From positions 1-50,847 of IMG/VR virus record IMGVR_UViG_3300017747_005287: DNA of 50,847 bases. The stretch is one strand, 5' to 3'. Position numbers and translations under genes: made by a program. Each line of letters starts with the position of its first letter. Position 1 is the first letter of the stretch. Of the stretch, positions 17,577 to 28,166 are shown piece after piece. A model generated the notes under the pieces. The model did no database searches and was not told the DNA's origin. It worked only from the letters and a program-made list of their open reading frames with translations. Source of the stretch: a virus (lineage: Duplodnaviria > Caudoviricetes).

Positions 17577-20500
17577 TGGAAACAGTAGACGTAAGATACA
17601 TAGGATCAAACGGACAGTACCAAACCTACTCGCCTCAAGACGTAGCTCTAATTAACACAGCGTTAATCACCGCAAATTTTGGCGGCCCTAACGATTACAT
17701 AGAGTATTTTATTAAGGACCTTGCCGGAAACGTTCTCGAGAGTGTTTATAATTCTACACAGTATAGCATAGGTAGCATTGTTGATCCGATAACAGGAACT
17801 ACAAGTCAGTTAAATTTAAACCCTGAAGAAGACGCTAGAGCCTCCGGATTTAATAGAGGTATTTTCAACTTAAAGTATAACTTCTTTACAAGACAGTTAC
17901 TATCAGGACCTATACCTTCATTAAACTTCTGGATTCAAGAAATTTCCCTATCCAGAACAGAAATAAAAACTGCAAGACAAGACCTCTCCAATACCCAGCT
18001 CGCAGAAGCGTTCGGGGGATTTAACGCATTACTTTCCAGTGACGCCTACTTTCCGACATTCTACTTAAACTTCGGTAATGATATTCAGATTATCGGAATC
18101 AACGCAGTATATGTTGAAGAAGACGGAACCGGCTATGTTATCTTTAAACTCTACGATCCATTACCAGAACAATTTGACCTAAAGACCACTTTCTGGGTAG
18201 TAACACCTGTAGCAAATCCTGCAGAGTTTAACGTATCGATAAGTATAACACCAGACGTAGTCTTAGATAGATTTAGAATAAAAGGCCCAAACTTTAAGGT
18301 ATCTATAACCGATAGAATCGGGCAAACTACTCCCTACTATAACTACGCAAGCCTTTTCGCTACAACTGTTACTTCATCTTTCCAGCAGTTGAAGTCTTTA
18401 ATGAATGAAAAGGGTATACAAATAAATACCGATTATAGTAATCTCGAAAACTTTATTCATTTCTCCTCTGCAACTGAAAGACTTCATAATTTCGTATATA
18501 AACTTCAGCAGATAGAATCTGCCTCCTATGGATTGGAGCAGAACAATACTACTCAGGCCAAGATACTTCTCCAGGCGCAGATAGATAGTATAATAACCAA
18601 TTTTGACGGATGGGAGTATTACTTATACTTTAACTCAGGATCAACTAGCTGGCCGAAAGAAAATAATACTATCCCTTATAGACTATACTCTGTGACATCA
18701 TCCGAGGCAGTAAACTGGTTAGGAAGCCCTTCTACTGTACCGACAGAGGAAAGTATGAGTATGTATTGGTCATCTTCTTATTACGATGATCAAAATAAGG
18801 ACTGGTTAGTTTACGCTACCCCTCAGTATATTTTAGATGATAACGCTAATGCACCTTATGTTACTTTCCTTAACATGATAGGTCAACATTTCGATAATAT
18901 TTGGATCTATCAAAAGGACTTAAGTAACCGCTACTCGGCAGAGAATAATCCTTTCGTAGGTATTTCATTAGATCAAGTATCTGAAGCCTTGCAGAGTTTT
19001 GGAATAAAACTTTATACAAATACAAGCGTTACAGATAATCTCTATTATTCTCTCCTAGGAATAAACGAAACCGGATCTAATTTACCTGTAACCTCTAGTG
19101 ATTATTCAAGAGTAGTTTATGCAAGCAGTAGCATATATCCTTCAGGAAGTACAATTGTCTCTGGAAGTGTGACTGCAAGTACTGATTTATATTTAAGCTC
19201 ATCCTTATTTTTACCACCAGTCGGTGAAGAATTAATATTCAGATATGTACTTACATTCCCGTACTCTGACGCCGATTACGTAGGATTCTGGGATGATGTT
19301 AATTCACTCTATGACGGAACAACAGTATACGGTGCTGCTGCTATAGCTATTGCAAATCCATTCCCAACCCTACCGGGTACACAAATACAAGACGAGATCT
19401 ATAAACGTCTTTACCACAACCTACCTTACTTACTTAAAACAAGAGGTACGGAGAGAGGTATTAAAGCCTTAATTGCAACTTATGGAGTACCGTCAGAAAT
19501 CCTACAGACACACGAATATGGCGGATACAACTACCTAGACGTAGCCGGTATACAAGAAATTTCCAACACACGAATTCTTACGGGAAGTGTTGCTCAAATA
19601 TCTAGCAGCTTATTATCTCCCTTCTCTACGATTCAATATTATTCAAACGACTTAGAAAAAACTTCAAATACAGTACAAGCAGGATTCTCACCTGCCGACT
19701 CTATTAATGCAAGTATTACCTCTTCAGGATATGTAACCTCGTCTACACAGCCCGGTTATTTCAATATAATGCAGTTAATCGGAAACCCTATACTGCAGTA
19801 TTCAAGTTCTTATATACCTCTCGTAGACCTAGCCAATACATACTTTGACGCAGAATATACAAGTAGGTATAACGTTTGGGACTTTATTAGGGTTATTAAA
19901 TTCTATAATAACTCTTTATTTAAGATGTTGAGGGATTGGGTACCTGCAAGAGCTAGCGCCGATACAGGTATCGTTATTAAATCTCATATGCTTGAGAGAA
20001 ACAAGTACCCAAGACATGAACCTACTTGGTCTACTTCTTCTTTTGATGCAGACTATTACCTGCTATCCGTAACCGGATCTGACGGAGGAGCTGTAACAGG
20101 TAGTACGGCATATATACAGGCTATACCAATACAGTATAACGGAACCGCATCGATGGCTCTTACTCAATCTTTAGGTATTGTGTATATGAGCTCATCAAAC
20201 GATATTCAAAAATTCACAGGTGAGTTTAGCGGTAGTTATATTGAAGCAACTACTAATTATTTTTCACAAGAAGAAGTATCAAGTTATATCTACCCGTGGA
20301 CTTCTTCTGTTGCTCCATCAGAACACGGAGGAGAAAATATAATGTTTCTCACTTATTCAGTAAGTCCATTACTAAATAATACTTTCGTTCCTGTAAGATC
20401 TCAGAGATTTTTAGATTTAGATTTTAACACCACGCAGTTTGCACCAGTAAACTACGGTTTAATTACACAATCTATAAATGAAACAGTTCTATACGGTAAC

Positions 20501-22408
20501 ATTTATCAGAGTAAGCAACCATACTCACAGTACGCCTATATACAGGATTATAATCACATTGCACGATCTTATATTATACCGAGATACAGCGGCTCATATT
20601 TATCCGGACAGTATAACTCTTCATCAGCCGGAGACGTTTCCTATGCAAATGAACCAGTAATTAACTATTATACTAATAAACTAGGCTATTTTACACAGGT
20701 AGCAACCAGCTCATTCCTTCCCGGAAGAGTGAATGTCGCCTTTGCGTATTTAGCCGACGTATCAGGCGGATTATTTGAATTAAACCAGAATAACAAAAAC
20801 TGGCAAGATGTTCAAAACATATTTGTAGCGGGTACTACTGCAACTGTAAAGCAGTTTGATAATAAAAAATACAGTAATCAAGTAAGTACTGATGGAGTAA
20901 AAACTATCTATAATAGTGGATACAGTTACACTCCTCAGCTCTACTTTAGCGGATCTGGTAGACTGTATTTTGAATATGTAGGCGGCAGTACAACAGGAAC
21001 CTTTATCGGAACTAATACAGGGTCACCTAACGCCTTTATAAGCGGAGGAGCAAATCCTTATTATTCAGCCTCTATTACCGACTACTCTATTAGAGAAGGT
21101 AATATCTATAGACTGTTTGACGGAGAGAATCCCGTTAGCGCAGATTTTACAACAGGATCTGTAAACAACTGGGCCAGCTATACCGCTTCTATTGCCGGAC
21201 AAAGAACATTTACCGCAAAATTCGGCATAAATATCCGATTCCCTAATCCGCAAACATTTGGAGTGCAAAGTGCATCGTTTTCATGGGGTGCATATTTGAA
21301 CGGGACTTCACCAATCGGATCCCTGCAAACCCAAACTTTTACATCCGTAAATCAACCCGGAGGCTACACAACTGCCTCCCTATCTACTATTACAACAGTA
21401 GACTCATCCGGAACCTACGCATTAAACGAAATATTCCCAACAGTATACGGACCTTATGATCTTTATGTAGACGGCGCATTGAATACTTCGAACATAGGAA
21501 ATTCATCTACAGCCCTTACTATGTGTTCTATAGATGTTGCTGCAGGAACAATATACGTACCTTACAGTTTTGATGCAGCGCTGAATCCTTACCTATATTC
21601 CGCTAGCGCACCGCTCCCCACAGTATTCTCGCTCCTACCAGCAGGCTCTTCCCCTATAAACCCGATCCTAATTTCCGGATCTACTCTATTCTTCGACTAT
21701 ACAACTCCTGCTATTAACCTAGTTCCAAATTCAAAAGTACTGTTCGAATTCAAGCAAGTCGGAGTCACAACAGACAACTATACTGCATCTGTAGTAACAG
21801 CCGGGACCTATAATAGTTTAACATCAACGCCCGCTAATGCAGGCGGAGGCGGATATGCATATGCAAACGGAACTATTCCGCAACCTTTTATATATAGCCT
21901 GACAGATACAACATCTCAAACAAGTACAATAACTCTAAGTGCCAACCTGAGTCAATTTTTAAATTACCAGTTTGTACCCTATTTTCTATCCGGCTCTACA
22001 ATAGTTTCTAGTAGTTTATATAGCACTTACGGAGATATAAACTATCCGTTTAATCCGCAACCAGGGGATAAAATAGTACTATTTGATTACAACGGTTTAT
22101 ACCAAGACGTAGATGTTGTAAATGCATCTTTTAATAACTTATCTCAACTAGAAATCCAAGTAACCCCTCAATTAATTGATAACTGGATAGGGACACCAGA
22201 AGCAGTAGGCCCGTTCTTACTTCTAAAGAGATATGATGATGAGCAGAATGTAATTTTGACCTTCAACAAAGCCCCTGGAGCAACCTCGTACGGATTCTTG
22301 ATACCAGAGAACATTAATCCGGAGGTTCTGGAGAATATAAATACACTGCAGGCAGCCGTTCAATCTCAAGTATTAAACACTCAATCTCCAACCGAGTTCG
22401 GTATATAA
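17576..22408 (+). CDS. Large baseplate wedge/tail structural protein
   Basis: 1610 aa, S/T/G/Y-rich; NLPYLLKTRGTERGIKALIATYG resembles baseplate wedge motifs. Confidence 0.75.
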   Translation: METVDVRYIGSNGQYQTYSPQDVALINTALITANFGGPNDYIEYFIKDLAGNVLESVYNSTQYSIGSIVDPITGTTSQLNLNPEEDARASGFNRGIFNLKYNFFTRQLLSGPIPSLNFWIQEISLSRTEIKTARQDLSNTQLAEAFGGFNALLSSDAYFPTFYLNFGNDIQIIGINAVYVEEDGTGYVIFKLYDPLPEQFDLKTTFWVVTPVANPAEFNVSISITPDVVLDRFRIKGPNFKVSITDRIGQTTPYYNYASLFATTVTSSFQQLKSLMNEKGIQINTDYSNLENFIHFSSATERLHNFVYKLQQIESASYGLEQNNTTQAKILLQAQIDSIITNFDGWEYYLYFNSGSTSWPKENNTIPYRLYSVTSSEAVNWLGSPSTVPTEESMSMYWSSSYYDDQNKDWLVYATPQYILDDNANAPYVTFLNMIGQHFDNIWIYQKDLSNRYSAENNPFVGISLDQVSEALQSFGIKLYTNTSVTDNLYYSLLGINETGSNLPVTSSDYSRVVYASSSIYPSGSTIVSGSVTASTDLYLSSSLFLPPVGEELIFRYVLTFPYSDADYVGFWDDVNSLYDGTTVYGAAAIAIANPFPTLPGTQIQDEIYKRLYHNLPYLLKTRGTERGIKALIATYGVPSEILQTHEYGGYNYLDVAGIQEISNTRILTGSVAQISSSLLSPFSTIQYYSNDLEKTSNTVQAGFSPADSINASITSSGYVTSSTQPGYFNIMQLIGNPILQYSSSYIPLVDLANTYFDAEYTSRYNVWDFIRVIKFYNNSLFKMLRDWVPARASADTGIVIKSHMLERNKYPRHEPTWSTSSFDADYYLLSVTGSDGGAVTGSTAYIQAIPIQYNGTASMALTQSLGIVYMSSSNDIQKFTGEFSGSYIEATTNYFSQEEVSSYIYPWTSSVAPSEHGGENIMFLTYSVSPLLNNTFVPVRSQRFLDLDFNTTQFAPVNYGLITQSINETVLYGNIYQSKQPYSQYAYIQDYNHIARSYIIPRYSGSYLSGQYNSSSAGDVSYANEPVINYYTNKLGYFTQVATSSFLPGRVNVAFAYLADVSGGLFELNQNNKNWQDVQNIFVAGTTATVKQFDNKKYSNQVSTDGVKTIYNSGYSYTPQLYFSGSGRLYFEYVGGSTTGTFIGTNTGSPNAFISGGANPYYSASITDYSIREGNIYRLFDGENPVSADFTTGSVNNWASYTASIAGQRTFTAKFGINIRFPNPQTFGVQSASFSWGAYLNGTSPIGSLQTQTFTSVNQPGGYTTASLSTITTVDSSGTYALNEIFPTVYGPYDLYVDGALNTSNIGNSSTALTMCSIDVAAGTIYVPYSFDAALNPYLYSASAPLPTVFSLLPAGSSPINPILISGSTLFFDYTTPAINLVPNSKVLFEFKQVGVTTDNYTASVVTAGTYNSLTSTPANAGGGGYAYANGTIPQPFIYSLTDTTSQTSTITLSANLSQFLNYQFVPYFLSGSTIVSSSLYSTYGDINYPFNPQPGDKIVLFDYNGLYQDVDVVNASFNNLSQLEIQVTPQLIDNWIGTPEAVGPFLLLKRYDDEQNVILTFNKAPGATSYGFLIPENINPEVLENINTLQAAVQSQVLNTQSPTEFGI

Positions 22409-22425
22409 AATTTAAAAAATTACAC

Positions 22426-22432
22426 TATTTAT
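22426..22432 (+). promoter_or_regulatory. TATTTAT motif (putative late promoter)
   Basis: Intergenic before ORF 22454. Confidence 0.6.
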
Positions 22433-22453
22433 AAAGAGAAAAACAAGTAAAAC

Positions 22454-23122
22454 ATGGCATATTTAAGTAATACTAGTGTTGTTGTTGATGCTATTCTGAC
22501 AGATACAGGAAGACAGCTGCTAGCACAAAACAACGGATCTTTCCAAATTACACAGTTTTCCCTCTCTGACGACGAAGTAGACTATACTTTATATAATCCA
22601 AACCACCCATCAGGATCTGCTTTTTACGGAGAGGCTATCGAAAATATGCCGATTATCCAAGCCTTCCCTGAATCCCAAGAGATTATGAAGTATAAGCTTA
22701 TTACTCTACCTAGAGGAACCGCTGCACTTCCAGTTATCAGCATCGGATATAGTACAATTGTATTAAAGCAAGGAGCCTCACTATCAATCACTCCACAGAC
22801 TTTGAACTATCTTGGCGCTACTTCCACTTTCGAACAATCCGGATATCTCGCAACAATAGGAGATGTAAGAACTACCGCTGCCTTTAACGGAGTAGGAATT
22901 AACACCACACAAGCAACAGCGCTCAACGTTACTGGAATCACAACAGTAGGTACTAATGTTTCGAAAACCGTAATCGGTACAACTATCAATATTACTGGAA
23001 CAACAGTTAATACGTTATTTGGTACAAGCAGTACAGTACTTTATACGACCCTGACAGTTGTAGGTCGCGATTCTGGCGCTAGATTGTTTGTCCCTGTTCA
23101 AATAACCAAAGTAAATCAATAA
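22454..23122 (+). CDS. Tail/baseplate structural protein
   Basis: DAILTDTGRQLLA...ITQFSLSD resembles the N-terminus of tail-fibre collar domains. Confidence 0.65.
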   Translation: MAYLSNTSVVVDAILTDTGRQLLAQNNGSFQITQFSLSDDEVDYTLYNPNHPSGSAFYGEAIENMPIIQAFPESQEIMKYKLITLPRGTAALPVISIGYSTIVLKQGASLSITPQTLNYLGATSTFEQSGYLATIGDVRTTAAFNGVGINTTQATALNVTGITTVGTNVSKTVIGTTINITGTTVNTLFGTSSTVLYTTLTVVGRDSGARLFVPVQITKVNQ

Positions 23123-23128
23123 TAGAAT

Positions 23129-24214
23129 ATGTCATTTACAAGACTAGCTCCAACAGACTTTGTAATTAGCGCCGATTCGATTACAGCTCCAGCTTGGAGT
23201 AGTAATCAACCTACGCTAACTACTTTCTTTACTGCATCATCTACGGTAACAACTACTATTAGTGCAGGGGCATTTTACCTTAACGTGTATCAAACTCAAA
23301 GTAATGCAAACGGAGCCGCTGTTCAATTTGCAATTGCTTATGGTAGTATAAACGGATCAGGATCTCAATGGTATAACCCTTTAGTTCCTGGCGTATCGCC
23401 ATCACTAACAACTTACCGTCAGTATGAAACCTTGATATATGGACCTGCTTTATCAGGATCTACTCAAGGGTTTAATTTTGGCGGAGCATCTATTAGCGCA
23501 CCAAGTATTTTTGCAATTAACGTTGATAGAAATAGATATAAAGAAAGCCTATTCCCTGGTACATTTAACCTTTCTTTATCCGGATCTGCAGGACAGATTA
23601 CAATTTGTGACAATAGTAACGACGTAACAACTGTAACCTATCTCGACTGTGGTAGAGTATTTAACCTAGTATCCGGTTCATTTGGTAAAGCAGCCGACGT
23701 ATTACCTGCCGGAGCAATCGCTAAAGGTTACACCGTATCAGGATCTTACGGATTTTATCTACCAGATATCGGTACAATACTCCTAAACCCCGGAGCACTC
23801 GCACTTAATGCCGGTGCAGGAGGAATCGGATTTGTAATAGATGACGGCAACTATGGATCTGGAAGCTATACATTAAACGCTTCCGCTTCTTATACATCAA
23901 CAAATAATACTTTTCTTTATCAAGCAATCTCACGTAGTGCTAATTTCCAATTAAACGCTCAAGAAACTATTTCTTCCGATTACGTGTTCGTGAGAATAGC
24001 AAATGCTGAATACAATTACTCCTCAAATCCTACGTTCTCTTCCGGATCTGGAGCTGTATTATGGCCTACAATGATTTATAATCCACAAACTTATATTACA
24101 ACTGTAGGACTATATAATGATAATAACGAGTTATTAGCAGTAGCAAAGATGTCAGTACCCCTTGTAAAAGATTTTACTAAGGAAGCATTAATTAGAGTTA
24201 AGCTGGATTGGTAA
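23129..24214 (+). CDS. Tail/baseplate structural protein
   Basis: C-terminal YITTVGLYNDNNELLAVAK...RVKLDW. Confidence 0.7.
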   Translation: MSFTRLAPTDFVISADSITAPAWSSNQPTLTTFFTASSTVTTTISAGAFYLNVYQTQSNANGAAVQFAIAYGSINGSGSQWYNPLVPGVSPSLTTYRQYETLIYGPALSGSTQGFNFGGASISAPSIFAINVDRNRYKESLFPGTFNLSLSGSAGQITICDNSNDVTTVTYLDCGRVFNLVSGSFGKAADVLPAGAIAKGYTVSGSYGFYLPDIGTILLNPGALALNAGAGGIGFVIDDGNYGSGSYTLNASASYTSTNNTFLYQAISRSANFQLNAQETISSDYVFVRIANAEYNYSSNPTFSSGSGAVLWPTMIYNPQTYITTVGLYNDNNELLAVAKMSVPLVKDFTKEALIRVKLDW

Positions 24215-24226
24215 TAGTTAAAAATA

Positions 24227-25123
24227 ATGAGTAGAGCAGCAAATAGCCTTCTGATTTCAGATGTTATCACTACTCCTATTAAGTTAAAATATAGCTCCTC
24301 ATTTGATTCAAGTTCTTTTGTAGGGTATAATATTAAGGTCTTAAAAGGGGTAAATGGACCTATAACTATCACCGGCTCAATACCACAAGAAACTCTAAAT
24401 TATTTTTCTGTCAAGCATTTATACTATTCAAACTACCTAACCGGCTCATTCCCCGTATCTGCCTCCGGAGCCGACAACTACCTTCAATCCACCGCTGCCT
24501 CTAGTTCCGGAGACTCCGATAACAGATATTTCCCGACTCAATCTAACGCAGAGATTACAATTATATCAATTCCCGTCAGTGTATATGGTCAGCAAATTTC
24601 ACGACAGAGCTTTTCCCTTAGCTCTTCTACATTTAACCTGATCGACGACGGAAACGGCAACGTATTAGACGTGAGCCAAAGCTATAAACAGGTAGGCAAT
24701 ATTATCTACCCACAGGGGATGGTATTACTAACATCAGGAAGTTACGATTCCCTTATTGCATCATCTCCCTGTACAATGTCCTTAACTGCCGAAACCACTA
24801 TATTTCAAAACGAAGTAAAATGTAGAGTCTCTGAAAATGACTTCAATTATTCTCAAAATCCTACTGTTTTCGCCCGTAAGCAGTATATCACAGGATCGGC
24901 CGCATTACCTTTCTTCGCACCCCAAGACGGCACCGCCTCTTTCGCAGAAATCATAGACGGAACACTAATTGACACCGTGACCGGATCTTCCTTCCGGCCC
25001 TATACCACAACTATTGGACTTTATAATGAAAATAATCAGCTCCTCGTAGTAGGAAAGCTAGCAACCCCTTACCCAATCCCGCCAAATACGGATATGACTT
25101 TCATCGTTAAGTGGGATAGCTAA
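24227..25123 (+). CDS. Tail/baseplate structural protein, paralogue of 23129
   Basis: NYSQNPT...YTTTIGLYNENNQLLVVGK...VKWD. Confidence 0.7.
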   Translation: MSRAANSLLISDVITTPIKLKYSSSFDSSSFVGYNIKVLKGVNGPITITGSIPQETLNYFSVKHLYYSNYLTGSFPVSASGADNYLQSTAASSSGDSDNRYFPTQSNAEITIISIPVSVYGQQISRQSFSLSSSTFNLIDDGNGNVLDVSQSYKQVGNIIYPQGMVLLTSGSYDSLIASSPCTMSLTAETTIFQNEVKCRVSENDFNYSQNPTVFARKQYITGSAALPFFAPQDGTASFAEIIDGTLIDTVTGSSFRPYTTTIGLYNENNQLLVVGKLATPYPIPPNTDMTFIVKWDS

Positions 25124-25133
25124 ATTTTATTTT

Positions 25134-25601
25134 ATGTCGGAAAAATGGTTTACGTACGAAGACGGAAACGTAGTAGAATACGATTCTGTAAATAAATTCC
25201 CTCAAGGATGTATCGGATTTGTATATAAAATTACCAATCTTAGAACAGGAAGATTTTATATCGGAAAAAAATCCCTCTATTCTAATACTAAAAAGAAGCT
25301 AACAAAAAAAGAGCTCGCCGAACATACCGGACCTGGAAAAAAGCCTACAAAAAAATTAGTAACTAAAGAGTCAAACTGGCCAGACTACTGGGGATCAAAT
25401 AAAGTATTACTACAGGAAATTGTAGATAGTGGAACAAGTCATTTTCGTAGAGAGATTATTAAGTTTTGCTTTAATAAAAAGCAGCTCACCTATTGGGAAG
25501 TACATTTACAATGCGTAAATGAAGTATTATTAACCGATAGATCTTATAACGATAACGTGCTTGCTAAGTTTTTCAGAAAGGATTTGGTAATACCAGAATA
25601 A
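25134..25601 (+). CDS. GIY-YIG family nuclease
   Basis: GFVYKITNLRTGRFYIGKK, YWGS, FRREII, YND. Confidence 0.8.
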   Translation: MSEKWFTYEDGNVVEYDSVNKFPQGCIGFVYKITNLRTGRFYIGKKSLYSNTKKKLTKKELAEHTGPGKKPTKKLVTKESNWPDYWGSNKVLLQEIVDSGTSHFRREIIKFCFNKKQLTYWEVHLQCVNEVLLTDRSYNDNVLAKFFRKDLVIPE

Positions 25602-25614
25602 ATTCTTATAATAA
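25583..25614 (+). promoter_or_regulatory. Bacteroidota-type early promoter
   Basis: TTTG-N20-TATAAT upstream of primase. Confidence 0.55.
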
Positions 25615-25631
25615 AGTAAGAATATTATTTG

Positions 25632-26558
25632 ATGGAGCAATCACGTTTAGTTCTCGGACTCTTACATAGTGTATTAGGTAAATCTAAACCTTCAACTAAA
25701 GGGAATTATGCTTTCTATTGCCCTTTTTGTAAGCATCACAAGCCTAAATTAGAGATAGATCCAAAGAGCGGCTTTTATCACTGCTGGACTTGCGAACCTG
25801 CTACTAAAGGACGTAATTTAGTATCTCTCTTAAAAAAGTTACAAGCAAGTTCTGCACAGGTAGCTGAAATGAAAACCTACTTCCCGGGCGGTAAGGTAGA
25901 GTTGGAGGATAAGAAATATGAGGTAGTACAAATGCCTAAAGAATTTATATCCCTCTCTCAGAAAAGTACCAATATAACCTATCGCCAGGCCAAGGCCTAT
26001 ATCAAAAGTAGGAATATAACAGAAGAAGATATTTTAAAGTATAATATAGGTTACTGCGAAAAAGGAAAATATGCAAATTCTATAATAATTCCTTCCTATA
26101 ATAGCAATGGACGTATAAATTACTTTATAGCAAGGTCGTTTGAAAAAGAGCCTCGTAGAAAGTATAATGCTCCTTCTTGTAATAAGAATGAGTTGATTGG
26201 CCTGGAGTATTTTATTAACTGGAATGTACCTGTTATTCTATGTGAAGGTATATTTGATGCAATAGCGTTGAGGAGAAATGCTATACCTCTATTTGGTAAA
26301 ACTATTCCAAGGGCTTTAATGTTAAAGCTTGTACAGAGTAATGTTAAAACTGTTTATTTAGTCCTAGATAATGATGCTTTAAAGCAGTCTTTTAATTATG
26401 CTCTTGAATTAATTAACCTAGGTAAAGATGTTTACTTAGTAGAGTTAGAAGGAAAAGATCCTTCAGAAATAGGTTTCGAAGAAATAACAAAATATTTACA
26501 CACAGCTAAACAGCTTACCTTCGGTGAGTTATTGCTTAAAAAAATGCAATTATGTTAA
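25632..26558 (+). CDS. DNA primase (Zn ribbon + TOPRIM)
   Basis: CPFC...HCWTC zinc finger; EGIFDA, LDND, KDP TOPRIM motifs. Confidence 0.9.
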   Translation: MEQSRLVLGLLHSVLGKSKPSTKGNYAFYCPFCKHHKPKLEIDPKSGFYHCWTCEPATKGRNLVSLLKKLQASSAQVAEMKTYFPGGKVELEDKKYEVVQMPKEFISLSQKSTNITYRQAKAYIKSRNITEEDILKYNIGYCEKGKYANSIIIPSYNSNGRINYFIARSFEKEPRRKYNAPSCNKNELIGLEYFINWNVPVILCEGIFDAIALRRNAIPLFGKTIPRALMLKLVQSNVKTVYLVLDNDALKQSFNYALELINLGKDVYLVELEGKDPSEIGFEEITKYLHTAKQLTFGELLLKKMQLC

Positions 26559-27190
26559 TTGAACAAAGATCAGAGGAGTGGTTTAAGATAAGAAGAGGTA
26601 AAATTACTAGTTCGGAAATTCACAAAATAATGGGAGAGAAAGGGCTAACTGAAACAGCTAAGACCTATCTACTAGAGAAAGTATGTGAGAATTTCGGCGG
26701 AGTAACTGAACCGGCACACGGACAGGCTCTCGACTGGGGTACAGAACTTGAACCGGTAGCGATTGAACACTATTCAAAGGTTACAAAAACAGAGGTTGAA
26801 AAAGCATCCTTTATTGTTGCAAACAAATTCTACGGTGGATCTCCAGACGGTATCGTTAAACCTGATGGAGTGATTGAAGTAAAGTGTCCATTTAAATCTG
26901 CCAACCATTTTAAACACGGATTGATTGATAGCCCGGCAAAATTCAAGAAGGTAGCCCCAAACTACTACTATCAATGTATTTCTAATATGATATGTGCTAA
27001 GGCTAAATGGTGTGACTTTATTAGCTTTGATCCTCGCGTATCTTCCGATTATCAGATGTTTATATATAGGTTAGAATTAGATAAGGAGGAGGCGTCTCTG
27101 ATAAAGGAGAGATTAGAGATAGCGGTAAAGTATATGGAGGAGTTAAAAGAAGAGATAGAGAGTGCAAAACCTAAATTGCTTTTAGGGTAG
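26552..27190 (+). CDS. YqaJ/lambda-type exonuclease
   Basis: QRSEEWF..RRGKITSS, WGTELEP, GSPDG, IEVKCP, YYYQ. Confidence 0.92.
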   Translation: MLIEQRSEEWFKIRRGKITSSEIHKIMGEKGLTETAKTYLLEKVCENFGGVTEPAHGQALDWGTELEPVAIEHYSKVTKTEVEKASFIVANKFYGGSPDGIVKPDGVIEVKCPFKSANHFKHGLIDSPAKFKKVAPNYYYQCISNMICAKAKWCDFISFDPRVSSDYQMFIYRLELDKEEASLIKERLEIAVKYMEELKEEIESAKPKLLLG

Positions 27191-27191
27191 A

Positions 27192-27198
27192 TATTTAT
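27192..27198 (+). promoter_or_regulatory. TATTTAT motif (putative late promoter)
   Basis: 7 nt before ATG 27206. Confidence 0.6.
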
Positions 27199-27205
27199 AA
27201 CTAGT

Positions 27206-27805
27206 ATGATTGATCCGAAAATACTAGGAAAAACGATTGCTGAAGCAGTTCTAAATGAACCTGGTCCTTGTTTTTATCCAGGAAGATTTAAACCCCCACA
27301 TAAGGGACACTATGAAGCTGCAAAAGCCCTAGCTGCAAAACCGTATATTAACAGGGTATATATCATTATAAGTAAGAAAGTAGTAGACGGGATTACGCCG
27401 GAAGACTCTCTTATGATCTGGAACATGTATCTTCAAGCAGAACCTAACCCTAAGATAACAGTTCGTATTTCAACTAAAGAATCACCGGTCGTAACTATAA
27501 TAGATTTTCTAGCAAAGAATCCCACAGTAGATCCAGTGTATATTGCTGTAGGAGATGATGAGAGCGATGATATGGAGTACGGGAATTCCCTTCAGCAGCA
27601 ATTCGGGGATAGAGTTAAAGTAATAAAAGTTAAAGAGAGACAGGCAGACGCTTCTGCCCCGCATGTAAGAACATTATTACAGACTGGGGACTATGAAGAG
27701 TTTAAAGAATCTGTTCCAACATCGGCATACAATCGCGGGGCTGCATCAAAGATATTTAAAATGCTTGCCCCTAAAATGAGTAAAAGTGAACCAGAAGAAT
27801 CTTGA
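27206..27805 (+). CDS. Cytidylyltransferase-like (HxGH) nucleotidyltransferase
   Basis: PGRFKPPHKGH; ASAPHVR C-terminal motif. Confidence 0.8.
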   Translation: MIDPKILGKTIAEAVLNEPGPCFYPGRFKPPHKGHYEAAKALAAKPYINRVYIIISKKVVDGITPEDSLMIWNMYLQAEPNPKITVRISTKESPVVTIIDFLAKNPTVDPVYIAVGDDESDDMEYGNSLQQQFGDRVKVIKVKERQADASAPHVRTLLQTGDYEEFKESVPTSAYNRGAASKIFKMLAPKMSKSEPEES

Positions 27806-28157
27806 TACACTAAAACACTTTGTTAGCTTTTGCAAGAAAGAGCTAGAGATTCAATCTCTTCCGAAAATCTCTTTAGTAAAAGATAAGAGCTTTGTGGAGA
27901 TGCGTAGATCTTTTGGTGAATATAATCCTGGTGAAATGACAGTAAAGGTGTTTATAACCGGGAGAAACCTTGCTGATGTATGTAGAAGTCTTGCTCACGA
28001 ACTAGTACATCATCGGCAGCAGGAACTAAATTTAATTTATAGTGATGCTGGTGAAACTGGGACAGAAATTGAAAACGATGCTAATGCGATAGCCGGAATT
28101 ATAATGAGAGAATACGGAAAATTAAATTTAAGCGTATATAATTTAGATGTTTTGTAA
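27786..28157 (+). CDS. Zincin-like metallopeptidase domain protein
   Basis: LAHELVHHRQ (HExxH) plus ENDANA. Confidence 0.7.
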   Translation: MNQKNLDTLKHFVSFCKKELEIQSLPKISLVKDKSFVEMRRSFGEYNPGEMTVKVFITGRNLADVCRSLAHELVHHRQQELNLIYSDAGETGTEIENDANAIAGIIMREYGKLNLSVYNLDVL

Positions 28158-28166
28158 GTTTTAGTT

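Noticed and set aside
25134-25601. GIY-YIG gene as a mobile homing endonuclease
   Set aside because: Only 155 aa with no evident C-terminal DNA-binding repeats, and it does not interrupt a gene; more like a stand-alone phage nuclease
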